A stretch of DNA of 64,000 nucleotides from Octopus vulgaris (GCA_951406725.2 OX597815.1:62930001-62994000); one strand, 5' to 3'. Positions 1-14,744 are shown, counted from the stretch's first letter. Numbers and translations: made by a program. The notes: generated from the letters alone by a model not told the origin.

Positions 1-246
1 GTAGCGGTGGCGGTGGTGACAATGGCAGGATGATGATGATGATGAATAGAAGGAAGTGATGATCGATTATAGAGGTTGTAGAAGTACTGGGCACACCCAG
101 CTCAGTTTTTGCCGCACCAACGGCATCCTTGTTTATTATTTTTATCTTTTCTTCTATTGTGCATAATGTATACAATATCACACACGCGCATTCATACATA
201 CAAACACACTTACATACATAGTTACATACACCCACACTCGTTCATC

Positions 247-2340
<2,094 letters not shown>

Positions 2341-2354
2341 TGTGTGTGTATATA

Positions 2355-2414
<60 letters not shown>

Positions 2415-2416
<2 letters not shown>

Positions 2417-4135
2417 TTTCAGTCCAGCGGTTGTGGCAATGCTGGGACAGGGCACTGCCAGTGTTATCACCTTTCAATAACCATTCTTTTGTGATTGGCC
2501 TCTGGTGAAATAGGGAGTTTGCTTTTGTTGTCGTGTTTCGAGTTTCTTGCCATGGTGCAGGTTCATCTAGGAATTTTACAGTAGGATGTCACGCTGTTTC
2601 TTGAATACATCCACCCCAACTCCAGATGTTTTGGCAAGATATTAAATAGTGGAGATCCCCCTCACTCTAGACAGGATGTCTGAGACGTTCGAAACAGTTC
2701 AGTGATGTCCAGTCGGGAGCTGGTATAGCTATCTATGCCAAAATTTGGTGCTCACGTCTTTAGGATCTTCCATACGTATATCACTGCATATTTCTCCCGG
2801 GAGTAGAATAGTAACTCTTTTAGTCTCTCCCAGAAGCTCAGCTGTTCCGTTGATGCAATCTTCCTGCTGATCTGTCTCAAGTTACGCTATTAATTTTTGA
2901 TTGTGGGATGACCACAGTTGAAAACAATAGTCCGGACGGCTAAAGACAAATATCCTACAAAAAACCAGCAATTTCTTGCTCCCTTGTTCTGAAAAATTTC
3001 AGAATCCATTTGGCTATTCGCCTACTCGTTGCCACGACCGTCTTGATATGCACATGAAATGAGGCGTTGTTACTTACATCAATCCACAAACCATGTACTT
3101 AACTTGATTACTGCCTCCTTGGGAGAGCACCACCAGATGTCACGGCCTATCTTCCGTCTTTTAAGAAGCCATGTAATAATTTCCCGGTCTTCCGACTATG
3201 CCGAATCCTCATAGCTTGTAACATATTCTATGATCAACGTTACCAAAGGCCTTTGCTAAATCGAGATATATTTCACATCCACGTTTGCACAATTCATCAG
3301 TTGTTTCAACACCTAGTCATAATGCTGCAGAAGTTGTGTAAGACTGCTTTAGATTTTTTCTGAGTGGAAGCCGTGCTGGGTGTTAGAGATCAAATCATTA
3401 TCTTCTAGGACCATGATTAGCTTCCTCCTGACAATGTGTTCCATGAATTTGCTGACATTTGAGGTTAAAGAGACTGGCCTATAATACTTACCATCCACTC
3501 TATTACCTGCGTTACTGATAGGAATCTTTCCAGTTGCAAGAAATCTTTGGAAAAGGATCTGTAGTGGTGTTTGCAAATTTAAAGAAGGCTTTGAGATTTG
3601 TCCTTACATTTTATACAACCCTAGCTTCTTTCTCTGCTTTTCCAATCCCTTTCAATCTCAAGTAGTGTTTGTTTGACATAGGATTCTTCACTAACTTTTT
3701 GTGATCCTTTTAGACGATTTGAGATCTTTACTCGTCGTCTCATTAAAATCTTCCTATCCCTTTTCTGTCGGTTTGTCATACTCTCTGGAGCAAACTTACT
3801 GCATATTTCGTACGTGATTGTCATAAAATGTTGTAGCTTTGTGTCATTATCCTGCGTAAAGAGACTGGTAGACCAGTTTTGTTCAATAACCTCTTTCTAA
3901 ATACCTTTCCATATAACTTTATAGAAAGAAGTTGTGTGCTTCTAACAGCCTGAATGTCAGCAGTTTTCTGCGTACCATACACTTTTAGTTCTATTAAGTT
4001 ATGGTCCGAGGAAATAGTCGTTTCGTCGTGTTATTTGAGAAAAAAGTCCAGAACATTTTTACCAAGGGGTAATGCTTGGCGAAACATTACTTCCTCCATA
4101 AAGAGCATGTTTGTGAGGTCGAGCATGGCTCAGTT
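2415..4135 (-). mobile_element. Degraded CR1/Jockey-group non-LTR retrotransposon (RT fragments)
   Basis: ORF 3349-3576 has YRPVSLTSNVSKFMEHIV...LISNTQHGF; the adjacent sequence has YLDLAKAF-like RT residues; many stops and frameshifts. Confidence 0.7.
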
Positions 4136-4515
4136 CATGCATGACTTAGCTCATGCAATGACACATACATATATGTGTGTGCGTGTCTGAGTATAAGCCA
4201 TTTGGTTGCTGGAATTAAGGTAGGACAATTATCGTGGTAGTGAAGACTATTAAGTCACAAACACGTGTCAACGACTGTCGCCAGACTGGCATGTCAGATT
4301 TGAAGAATTCTTGAATCTTAAGATTATCTCCCTTTCTCAACTAGAGCTGATGATAATTGCCATTTGGTAATTATGATAAATCCTGCAGAGGCGGAGATAA
4401 TCTTAAATCAAGAAATTATTTTGTTTACATACCAGTATTTGTCTACACATACACATACACACACACTCACACACACACATACATACACACAAACACACAC
4501 ATGTATATGTACGCA

Positions 4516-4569
<54 letters not shown>

Positions 4570-4572
4570 CAT

Positions 4573-4797
4573 GGCGAACTGGTAGAATCGTTAGCACGTC
4601 GGGCGAAATGCTTAGCGGAAGTTCATCTGCCGCTACGTTCTGAGTTCAAATTCCACCGAGGTCGACTTTGCCTTTCATCCTTTCGTGGTCGATAAATAAA
4701 GTACCAGTTTCGCACTGGGGTCGATGTAATCGACTTAATCCCTTTGTCTGTCCTTGTTTGTCCCCTCTATGTTTAGCCCCTTGTGGGCAATAAAGAA

Positions 4798-4800
<3 letters not shown>
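4573..4800 (+). mobile_element. tRNA-derived SINE, family 1
   Basis: Head with B-box-like GTTCAAATTCC, central CCTTTCATCCTTTCGNGGTCGATAAA..AGTACCAG block resembling the MetaSINE-type central domain; similar copies at 7693(-), 40815-41370, 50320 and 59074. Confidence 0.8.
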
Positions 4801-4828
<28 letters not shown>

Positions 4829-4912
4829 GGTCCCGGGTTGATTCGGGGTTAACCACAGTAAGTAAGGTACTCAATACATAGCAGAGTAAAATTAATTTAT
4901 TATATAGAAGGA

Positions 4913-4961
4913 GCTTCTACAGGACTAGTACTGTTTCATTCAAGAGAAATCTTCAGGAAGC
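4913..4961 (-). ncRNA. Minimal type I hammerhead ribozyme (canonical core)
   Basis: Minus strand reads GCTTC-CTGAAGA-TTTC-TCTT-GAAT-GAA-ACAG-TACTAGTC-CTGT-A-GAAGC: helix I GCTTC/GAAGC, helix III ACAG/CTGT with palindromic ACTAGT loop, GUA cleavage triplet. Confidence 0.8.
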
Positions 4962-5705
4962 CCTGGTGTTGCTTTTATCTGGTAAATCCCGGAACCAAGT
5001 TATTGCCTCGGAGGTCCTATTCCAGAGTGGAAGGGGTGAAGCTTCACGCATTTTTGGTAAAATCCTGTCCAAGATCTTCTTGCTGACGGATCCGATGTCA
5101 GACTTGGTTGGGTTAATCAAACGGACCGACGGTTTATTTTCGAAATGGTCTTTGTGGTCTTTCAGGGTGAAGTGTGGGGACTTCACCCTCAGGGGTTCTG
5201 TTCGGTCGTCGATTTTAAGGGAGGTGGCAATCTCTTTCCCGGCCAAGTTGGTTTCAGTTAGCGCTACGTCGTCTACTTTCTTGTATTTAGCTGTGATGGC
5301 GTTATCGGCTAGTCTATTATAGGTATCCGGAGTCACCGCGTAAATATTTTTTGTCTTGTCCGAAGGGACATGGAGGTTCTGGGAGCTTTTCATTTTCGAA
5401 AGCTTCGCATTCAGTTCCGTTTGGAAAGGTAAGTTGACTCTCCTGAATTTGATGTTTTTTATCATGAGGAAGAGGTCTTCTTCAAACGGTTCAAGTAGGC
5501 TGTTGGTAGGAGGGGCCTTATTTGATTTGAAGCCGTACTTATCATTACTGGTAGATGCTACATCAGGGTTGTCGAAGAAGAAAGATCTCCATCGAATTCT
5601 TTTGATGAACTCATCAGTCCGTCTAATGAGGGCTTTTTGGTACTGTTTCCTTGGTGGGATAGTAATGTTCTTCAGGGAAGTGTCGAGGTCGATTCTTGTC
5701 AGCAT
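4953..5705 (-). pseudogene. PLE (Naiad-like) ORF N-terminal part, 250 aa, truncated before the RT core
   Basis: SLKNITIP..Y...LI....EFIKRIRWRSFFF, PSDKTKNIY and TLKDHKDHFENKPSVRLINPTKSDIG are recognisable PLE pre-RT motifs. The stop codon is the TGA of the HHR core. Confidence 0.75.
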
Positions 5706-5837
5706 TTTTCTTGGTGATGGTTATAAGGGCACTAGGGTGTGCTAAGATATGTAGGTCCCGGGTTGATTCGGGGTTAACCACAGTAAGTAAGGTACTCAAT
5801 ACATAGCAGAGTAAAATTAATTTATTATATAGAAGGA

Positions 5838-5885
5838 GCTTCTACAGGACTAGTACTGTTTCATTCAAGAGAAATCTTCAGGAAG
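5838..5885 (-). ncRNA. Hammerhead ribozyme, second pLTR copy
   Basis: Same sequence as 4913-4961 except the outer helix I base. Confidence 0.75.
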
Positions 5886-5893
5886 ACCTTCAG

Positions 5894-5942
5894 GCTTCCT
5901 GAAGATTTCTCTTGAATGAAACAGTACTAGTCCTGTAGAAGC
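5894..5942 (+). ncRNA. Hammerhead ribozyme, inverted pLTR copy
   Basis: GCTTC CTGAAGA TTTCTCTTGAAT GAAACAG TACTAGTC CTGTA GAAGC on the + strand. Confidence 0.8.
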
Positions 5943-7022
5943 TCCTTCTATATAATAAATATATATATATATATATATACTGCTTTTTAAAGACCTGTGC
6001 AAATCGCAAAGCACACCGATACACGCCTACAAGAAATATAAGTACAGAAAACAAGCCCTAGATTGGAATAAGTTACTGGACTTACTACTACTACTACTAC
6101 TACTAGCAGCAGCAGCAGCAGCAGCAGAATCGATACTAAAGCATACCATCTCACAGACAGCAACACTAAACACGACGGCGACTGTTAACTATAGCAACAA
6201 CGACGACGACGACGATGACAATAACAACGACAACAACAACGATGGCAAATTCAAGGCAGGATGGCGGTCTCTACTGATCTATAAATCAGTCTCTAATCCT
6301 ATTAGCACCGTCACTAGCTGTCTTATGCATTACACATGACGTCTAAAAGTTGTCTCAAGCCAAAGTTTCCACCTCTCGGCTTGAACGCACCCGGAAGACC
6401 ATCTGATGCGTTCAGCTACCAATATTAACTTCTTTCCCCATTCCCTCCCTTTCTCTTTCTTCCTTTCTTTCTCTCTCTCTCTCTCTCGCTTAACACGAGA
6501 ATATGTGTATGTGTGTATTGTTGTTGTGTATGTGTGTGTAGTTATAAATTTGGTGTCATTCATTGATTTTTGTCTTTTAGGTGTGCTTTCGTTTGGTGGT
6601 GATTACAGTGCGTGTGTGGCTGTGTGTGCGTGTCTATGTGTCTGCCTCACTATGTACGTGTATGTCTCTGTTTGTGTGACTGTGTGCGTCTGTGTGTATG
6701 TCTGACTGTGTCTGTATGCATACGTGTGTGCGCGAGCGTGTATGTGTGTGTGTGATGGAAACTTGCATTTGATCAAAGAGTTTGTATGCGTTAATATGTG
6801 CTTGCACGTGAATGTGTGTGTATGTGTGTGTGTGCGGGGGGGGGGGGGGGCTGGTGTGTGTATGATTGTGTCTTTATAATATGTAGTTGTGCGTCTATTC
6901 TAACGGGATGCGATGATGATGACGATTAATCATTATCGACAAACTTGATGACCCTGTTGATGATGATAATGATGATGATGATGATGATGACGACGACGAC
7001 GGCAATGATGATGGTGGTGATA

Positions 7023-7054
<32 letters not shown>

Positions 7055-7692
7055 CACCATTTTATTAGGATTGACAGTTTGCTGTCCGAATCCTAGACAA
7101 TTTTTGACCAACGATCAGAGGAAGCAGAAGGACAGATTATATATCAAATAATCTTGTAGAATTTGAACAGGTCTGTCCTCCACACACTTCAGGCTTCACT
7201 TCTCTCCACACCCACATTTGAACCAAGAAGAAGCGGGGGTTGCTCAACGTTGATTTTTAGCGTTGGTGTATAGTCACATATCTTTAAGTAGAGACAGGAG
7301 GTGTTGTAATCGATTCAATCAACTCTCTTACGTGATTGATATATTCTTCTATCGACTCCACAAAGGCAACCCTAGCCGGATTTGGACTAAGAGGGTAAAG
7401 AATCGTAATTAAATACCACAAGGGATTCTGTCCAACGCTCTAAACTGCTGCAAGTTGACTGCCTTTGGAATATGTCTAAAATCTTGTTCACTTTGTTAGT
7501 CAGCAATCTTTTATTTCTTTTGATTTTAATCATTAGTCTCAGGCCATACTGTGGCACCGTCTTTAAGACAGTAATTGATTATATTGGCCCTACTAAGTAA
7601 ATGGTATGGATTTTATTGATCTTGGGAAGATGAAAATCAACGATGCTTCAGCGGGAATTTCAAATCTGAACATTCAATTGCGGGACTAAATA

Positions 7693-7924
7693 CCTATTTC
7701 TTTAATACCCACAAGGGGCTAAACACAGAAGGGACAAACAAGGACAGACAAACGGATTAAGTCGATTATATCGATCCCAGTGCCTAACTGGTACTTTATT
7801 TATCGACCCCGAAAGGATGAAAGGCAAAGTCGACCTCGGCGGAATTTGAACTCAGAACGTAACGGCAGACGAAATACCGCTAAGCATTTCGCCCGGCGTG
7901 CTAACGGTTCTGCCAGCTCGCCGC
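7693..7924 (-). mobile_element. SINE family 1, young copy with ~15-bp target-site duplication, nested in an older copy
   Basis: Reverse complement of the 4573 family; flanked by GCGGGACTAAATACC (7680-7694) and GCGGGAGTAAATACC (7923-7937). Confidence 0.85.
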
Positions 7925-8344
7925 GGGAGTAAATACCGCAACTCATTTTATTCGTTCATCCACCGATTTTGCGCCTTCACCGTTCAATGTAAAAATATTA
8001 TACAAACCGTCTTTTGTTGTTTTCAAAAGAATCACAAATGCATTTAGAATATATCTTTTGAATATTTTGTCACCACACTAAAGTTTCATGACCTTGACAT
8101 ACCAAAAGGAAAAGTCATAGTATATGAAGTGTTTAATTATGTTTAATTTAGCTTTTCTCTTTGTTATACCATATTGGACAAAAACTTGCTGTAGGATTTT
8201 GCGTCCGTGACACTGTATATGGACTCCTTGTTAACAAGATTAAGTAAAAGTGGTTCATAACACTGTGTAACACGATTTTTGTCCTTGGGTAGCAACTGTT
8301 GTTACCTATTTGCTTACCCGTAGAAAGTATAACAAATGGCTAAT

Positions 8345-8655
8345 ATTTCCTTCAAACTTTGTTTTTGTTACATTTATTCAAACTCCAAAGAATCCCTCTG
8401 AACACATGACTATGATATCCCCCCACTACTCCGGCTCATGATCAGAGATGCACATATTGTCAGCCACTAAGGGACATGGTCAAGTAGTTAAGGTCAGGCA
8501 AGTGACAAGCAAATCCGTGGTATTGAGCAGAATATTTGCTATAACGATATTTCTGCTTCAGCAACTCTGTGCTGAATCTATCTGAAATTAATGGAAAATA
8601 GGTCAGTTTCAAAACATTGACGCCCATATCACAAAAAGGAAGTTTGAAGGGAATA
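8345..8655. mobile_element. Putative MITE / non-autonomous DNA transposon
   Basis: Imperfect ~28-bp terminal inverted repeats TTTCCTTCAAACTTTGTTTTTGTTACAT and ATATCACAAAAAGGAAGTTTGAAGGGAAT. Confidence 0.45.
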
Positions 8656-9302
8656 GTAATCATTTCCCTTGATTTTTAGATAGAAGCAAATACAAAATAG
8701 CATTTACAAACAAAAAAAAAGTCATAAATTGTTGCACAGTCTAGTTAATACTAATGACGGACCAGAAAGCCGGTGGATGGGATAATCAGTAAACTGCTGA
8801 ACTGAATAAACTTATTTGCTTTCATAATAGGTTTCTTTTATCTTTTAGATCAGAGCAGTGACTATGACCCTTTACAGGTAGGGACAGATGGAGAAAAGGA
8901 GAGAGAAAAGGGAGAGAAGCAGAAAGGTATTTTCAAACCAAGACTCGTTTGGATACTTGCCACTGTGTAGGGAACTCTATTAAAGACACTCAAGGTACCA
9001 ATTGTTGATGTTAAACCGTGCAAGATTAAGTCTCCAATAAAATTTGAACACAGAACGCAAAGAGCCAGATGAAATACCACAAGGTAACCATGTAGACATT
9101 TTTACAGTTCTGCCAATCCACCAGGATGCATATATATATATATATATATGGACGGGACGTCGGCGACTAAACTGTTAACCCCACCAGGTTCGCTTGGTGA
9201 GGAGGGTGCTGTGGGATGGAAAAATAAGACCCAACAAAGGGCGGATGAACTCCTGAATAGTCAACGGCCATCCAACAAAATGCCGGCCTGCCCGCCCAGC
9301 CA

Positions 9303-10780
9303 GTGGGATGGCGTCATCTTATGGCTAAAACAGCACGAAGAACGAAGAGAAAAGGAAAAGGGCCTCAGTACCCTGCACGTCAATCGGGCCACTCCATGAC
9401 GGCGGAGTGCAACTCGAGCGACGAAAGGCTGCTAAGAATCACAGGTTCCCGAGGGCCGTCATGGAACAGGACTAAACTTGCCATATGCACCTACAACTGC
9501 AGGTCCATGGCAGGGTGGCAAGAACTGAACCACCTAATGGAGGAGAAGAAGAAGATCAGGTGCGACGTGTTAGGGCTGTGCGAGACACGCTGGAAGAAGG
9601 AAGCGAGTATACGATGGCAAGATGGATGCACTGTGAGATTAGGGAAAGCAGAAGGTACTAGATCGGTCGGAGGTATCGGATTCATCGTAAGTAAGGAATG
9701 GGCTTCGAGGGTCGCTTCTTGCCACATCATATCATCACGGATTGGTGTACTAAATGTGAACCTCTCAGGGAAGGCCACCCTCAAGATTGTCCCGACCTAT
9801 GCTTCCACAAGTGCCAGCGACGACGACGAGGTGGAAGAATTCTATCGACAACTAGACAAAGGGCTGGCTATGAAGTCCACTTACACTGTCGTGATGGGAG
9901 ACTTCAACGCAAAGGTTGGACATAGACGACAAGGAGAGGAGTACGTCGGGAGATTTGGCATGGGAGAGAGAAACGAGAGAGGAAAACGTTTGGCTACCAT
10001 GGCAGAGGCGAGGCGGCTCTTCATCAGAAACAGCCTGTTCAGGAAGAGGGAGAGGAAGAGATGGACTTGGATATCGCCGAACTCTAAGCACCGAAGCGAG
10101 ATCGACTACATCCTGGTTGATAAGCGACGCATATTACATGACGTCTCCGTCGTGATGCCATTCAACACCGGCAGCGATCATCGTCTGGTAAGGGCGAGGG
10201 TCGTCATCGACGGGAAGAGGGAGAAGATGGCGCTATATTTGGCGTCGAGGGGAAAACGTGTCCGAGTCTACAACGAGGCAAAGCAGCTGGAAGCCATCAT
10301 GCAGGAACACTGGTGCCAAGGAGACGACATAGACGATGACTACAACTCACTGATAGGGAAAATGAAGGAGTGTTTAAGGAAGGCTAAGGGAGTATGCCCA
10401 AGAGAAAAGAAGGGAAGAATCTCGGAAGAAACTACGAAGTTACTCGAGAAGAGTAAAAATATGAAGAGGACTATTGAAGATCATTTTGAATATTCCATTC
10501 TCAGCAGAGTGATTCGTCAGCAACTAAAGAAAGACTTTGAGGCATACCGGATGGAGAAGCTCTTGAAGGCCGCAGAGGAAAAGAAGAGCCTCAAGAAATG
10601 CAAGAGGGACATGGTACTATATAGATCGGAGGTGACGGCCCTGAAAAATACAGATGGAATACCGGTCAACGAGAAGAGCGAGATGGAAAAAGTTTTCGAA
10701 GACTTCTACACCAAGCTCTTTAAGTCTACCAGAAATGTCAAGCCGTTACCACCACTCCAACAGGAAGAAAACGTGCTACC
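9303..10780 (+). pseudogene. RTE ORF, endonuclease plus linker part
   Basis: Open frame with APE motifs; the native frame is interrupted at about 10781 by an inverted insert. Confidence 0.85.
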
Positions 10781-11084
10781 TATTCCCTTACCTCCTCTAT
10801 TTCATCACTGCCGATCACCATTCGACCGGCGTGAGAGATGTCATCGCAGAGTATACACGCAGCAAGTATAGATGGGCTGGTGACGTCACCCGGCTCACCG
10901 ATAATCGGTGGACGCACGCAGTTGTCGAGTGGTACCCGCGCGAGCGGAAAAGACCACCCAGAAGACCTCCACGACGGTGGAGTTACGTTGTCTGACCGCA
11001 TGAACTTTGCTTCGAAAACAGGGACACGCTGGAAGAAGGAAGCGAGTATACGATGGCAAGATGGATGCACTGTGAGATTAGGGA

Positions 11085-12576
11085 GATGAAAAACGGAAAG
11101 GCTCCAGGGAAAGACGGTATAACATCGGAGGAGCTAAAGTCAGGCAGAGAGCAGCTCTGGAAAATCCTCGCTGAGTGATTTACGCACTATCTAGACGAGG
11201 GAAGAATTTCCTCGCAGTGAAAAGAGTCAAATACCATCCTGCTGTATAAGAAGGGCGACAGAGAAGATCTAAAGAACTACCGACCCATATGCTTGCTGTC
11301 TCACGTGTACAAGCTGTTCACGAAGGTAATTCTGAACAGGTTATCATGTCGTCTCAACGAACAACAATCGAGGGAACAAGCAGGCTTCCGGAAGAACTAC
11401 AGCACGATGGACCATATATTTACTCTAACGCAACTGCTTCAGCGAGCAAATGAGTACAAGCTGCCTCTTTGCGTTGCGTTTAGAGACTATGAGAAGGCCT
11501 TCGATAGCGTCGACACCAACGCAGTGCTGAACTCGCTGCAGAGGCGAGGAGTCGAAGCGCAATATGTGCAGCTGCTCAGAGCGGCAAATTCCGGATGCAC
11601 CACCGTCATAGCTCTACTGTCATCACCTATACGAGTGCCGGTCGAGAAGGGAGTGAAGCAAGGAGATACGTTCTCCCCAAAACTTTTCACTGCATGTCTC
11701 GAACAGATCAGAGGCATCGACTGGCAAGGTGGTGTCAACATCAATGGCGAGCTCCTGACCCACCTCCGTTTCGCTGACGACATCGTACTCATCGCTGAAA
11801 ACACGGATCAGCTTCAGACCATGCTGACGGAGCTCGACATCAAAATCTCTGCAGTAGGTCTCAAGATGAACCGCATGAAAGCAAAGTTCATGCGGTCAGA
11901 CAACGTAACTCCACCGTCGTGGAGGTCTTCTGGGTGGTCTTTTCCGCTCGCGCGGGTACCACTCGACAACTGCGTGCGTCCACCGATTATCGGTGAGCCG
12001 GGCGACGTCACCAGCCCATCTATACTTGCTGCGTGTATACTCTGCGATGACATCTCTCACGCCGGTCGAATGGTGATCGGCAGTGATGAAATAGAGGAGG
12101 TAAGGGAATATGTCTACCTGGGACAGGAAGTAAATATGTACCGAGATATCGAAAAGGGGATCTCACGGAGAGTAAGGGCCAGATGGAAGGCGTTCAATGG
12201 CATAAGGGATGTGCTCAAGGGAAGGTTGGAGAGGACCACCCGCGCCAAACTCATTAACAGTGCAGTTCTGCCTGCAATGTTATATGGTAGTGAAACATGG
12301 GCTACAACAAAGAGAGAAGCGCAAAGACTGGTAACGGCTCAAAGAGCCATGGAAAGGTCAATGCTTGGTATCTCGTTGAGAGAGCACATAAGTAGCGAGA
12401 TCATCAGAAAGAAGTCCGGCGTGAGAGATGTCATCGCAGAGTATACACGCAGCAAGTATAGATGGGCTGGTGACGTCGCCCGGCTCACCGATAATCGGTG
12501 GACGCACGCAGTTGTCGAGTGGTACCCGCACGAGCGGAAAAGACCACCCAGAAGACCTCCACGACGGTGGAGTTAG
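11085..12576 (+). pseudogene. RTE ORF, reverse-transcriptase part
   Basis: MKNGKAPGKDGI...two in-frame stops...RT motifs to WAGDVAR..DNRWT; carries an in-frame inverted insert at about 11906-12065. Confidence 0.85.
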
Positions 12577-12701
12577 AATTTCAGGAGGACGATTGGGATC
12601 ATGTGGATGAGAAAGGCGCGATCCAGAGAAAAGTGGACAACGTGCTGTGACCAGCGGTGTCAAATGGACGCCTGACGGACTGGTCGGTCAAGGTGATCAA
12701 G

Positions 12702-12786
<85 letters not shown>

Positions 12787-12988
12787 GCATATATATATAT
12801 ACATACATACATAATTTTGATATATATTTAAAATAATATAAATTAATTTTATGTATTGGCTTAAGTTTTTCATTGTTTGATTTGCCTAATAGTGGTTTTA
12901 TCTCTAATTTAATATAATATAATATTTTACTATAAAATTGGATTCAATCCTAAATCTGATTTTTCCCTGTAAGTTTGGATTTATTCCC

Positions 12989-13090
<102 letters not shown>

Positions 13091-13907
13091 CATACATACA
13101 TTTATATATATATATACATATATGCATACATACATATATACACATTTGAATTAAATGCTGTATATTGTACAAATACTTACGAATGAGAATTTTAAAAAAT
13201 TAATATAACATATTTACAATACAATTACAGTCGCATGCCACAAGAACTCCGTAACTGAGAGTTTCTACACCTATTTAGCTTACTCGTCAGTTGGAAAACT
13301 TGGCCTGCATTTGTCGAACTGATTTTAGTGTAAAGTTTCTTGTAACACTCAAGTTGTAATGTATGGTTGCAGACGAATATCTGACATATATGAGCGATAT
13401 AAAACGCCTGGCAGCATAGCAAAATTAAATGTCTTTGGGATAATTATGAGCTGCAAACATTAAATATACGTTCATATATTGAACTGTTGGTAAATATAAG
13501 AAGAGGCGTTCCAGTTAAATTTTAAGTGGCTAAATTTCATCGGCCCCTTCTTGTGAATGTATAATCAAAAGTCTGAGCGTGGCCATGGTGGTATGGTTAA
13601 AAAGTTCGCTTCACTAACACATGGCCCCGGGCCATTATAATCTTTCTTTCTGTCTGTCTGTTTGCCTGCCTCTCCCCCTTTTTGTCTTGCTCACTCTCCT
13701 TCTCTCCCTCTCTTCGTTCTCCTTGTCTCTCTCATACACACATTAGCACAAACATACAAACAAACATATATAATTATATAGATTATATTACAGATAGTAA
13801 ATACCCAGACTCACTCAATGATATATGTATGCGTCTGAACAAACACACACACACACTTACCTACTTGTACACACTTGTGTGTGTGTCTATATATATATTC
13901 ATCGATT

Positions 13908-13946
<39 letters not shown>

Positions 13947-13993
13947 GATGTAAATGTATGTGTAAATAAATAGACAGACAGATAGACAGTCAT

Positions 13994-14050
<57 letters not shown>

Positions 14051-14744
14051 CTGACTGACTAACGGACTGATTGATTGATTGGTTGATTGATTGATTAATC
14101 AATCAATCAATCAACCAATCAATTGATTGATTGATTGATTGATTGATTGAGTGAGTGAGTGAGTGAGTGATCAAATTTACCACAATATATAAAGTAATGT
14201 CTTAAGAAAGGATACATGATATAATCTAGTCCAAAATGAATTTAGAATGATAGTGTAGTCATTGATTGAGTGTATTTGATGACGAATTTATAGGATCAAT
14301 ATTACCCGGTGGCTAAATAAACAACAACAGCAACAATAATGAGTATGCTTGATGTTGAGAATCTTCAGTAGTATCTTAGAATTTTGTGAGAATTCTTCAC
14401 TTTCTGACGATCGAAACCAGATTGTGTTCGGAAACAGGCGTATAATGTTGAGTGTGTATGAGTGTTAGTGTGTATATGTATGTGTGAGTGTGTGTTTGTG
14501 TGTGTGTAAGTGGAGGGGAGAGTGTTGGAGGAAGATGTTTATCGTGCAATTCATTCTTCATATTTTGGCATCCGCCACCAACTGAATTGGATTCTGTGGA
14601 TTTTTGTGCGTGTTTCATTATTAGAATTCTTGCAGCAAAGGAACTCTTTACAACAAAGAATCCAAAAGCTACATCACTTGAATTTGGACAAGAACAACTT
14701 TTTCAGTTCCGCATTCAGATTGTATGTATGTATATATTTATGGA

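Larger units (their letters stand above)
4823..5960 (-). mobile_element. Internally deleted Penelope-like (Naiad-like) element with two direct pseudo-LTRs and a terminal inverted pLTR copy
   Basis: About 138-bp direct repeats at 4823-4961 and 5748-5885, an inverted partial copy at 5894-5960, (TA)n on both sides, and a PLE N-terminal ORF between the direct repeats. Confidence 0.85.
9149..12706 (+). mobile_element. RTE-clade LINE, near full length, internally rearranged
   Basis: APE endonuclease (TYNCRS, LGLCETRW, VMGDFNAKVG, EIDYIL, SDHRLV) and RT (YRPICLLS, EQAGFR, DYEKAFDSV, GVKQGD, LRFADD); 3' end in the short repeat CAAGGTGAT x2; embedded in (TA)n. Confidence 0.93.

Noticed and set aside
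4966-5745. Plus-strand ORFs of 118 and 129 aa
   Set aside because: Antisense shadows of the PLE ORF.
14404-14430. CTGACGA-TC-GAAAC resembling a hammerhead core
   Set aside because: No helix II and no convincing helix I or III; likely chance.
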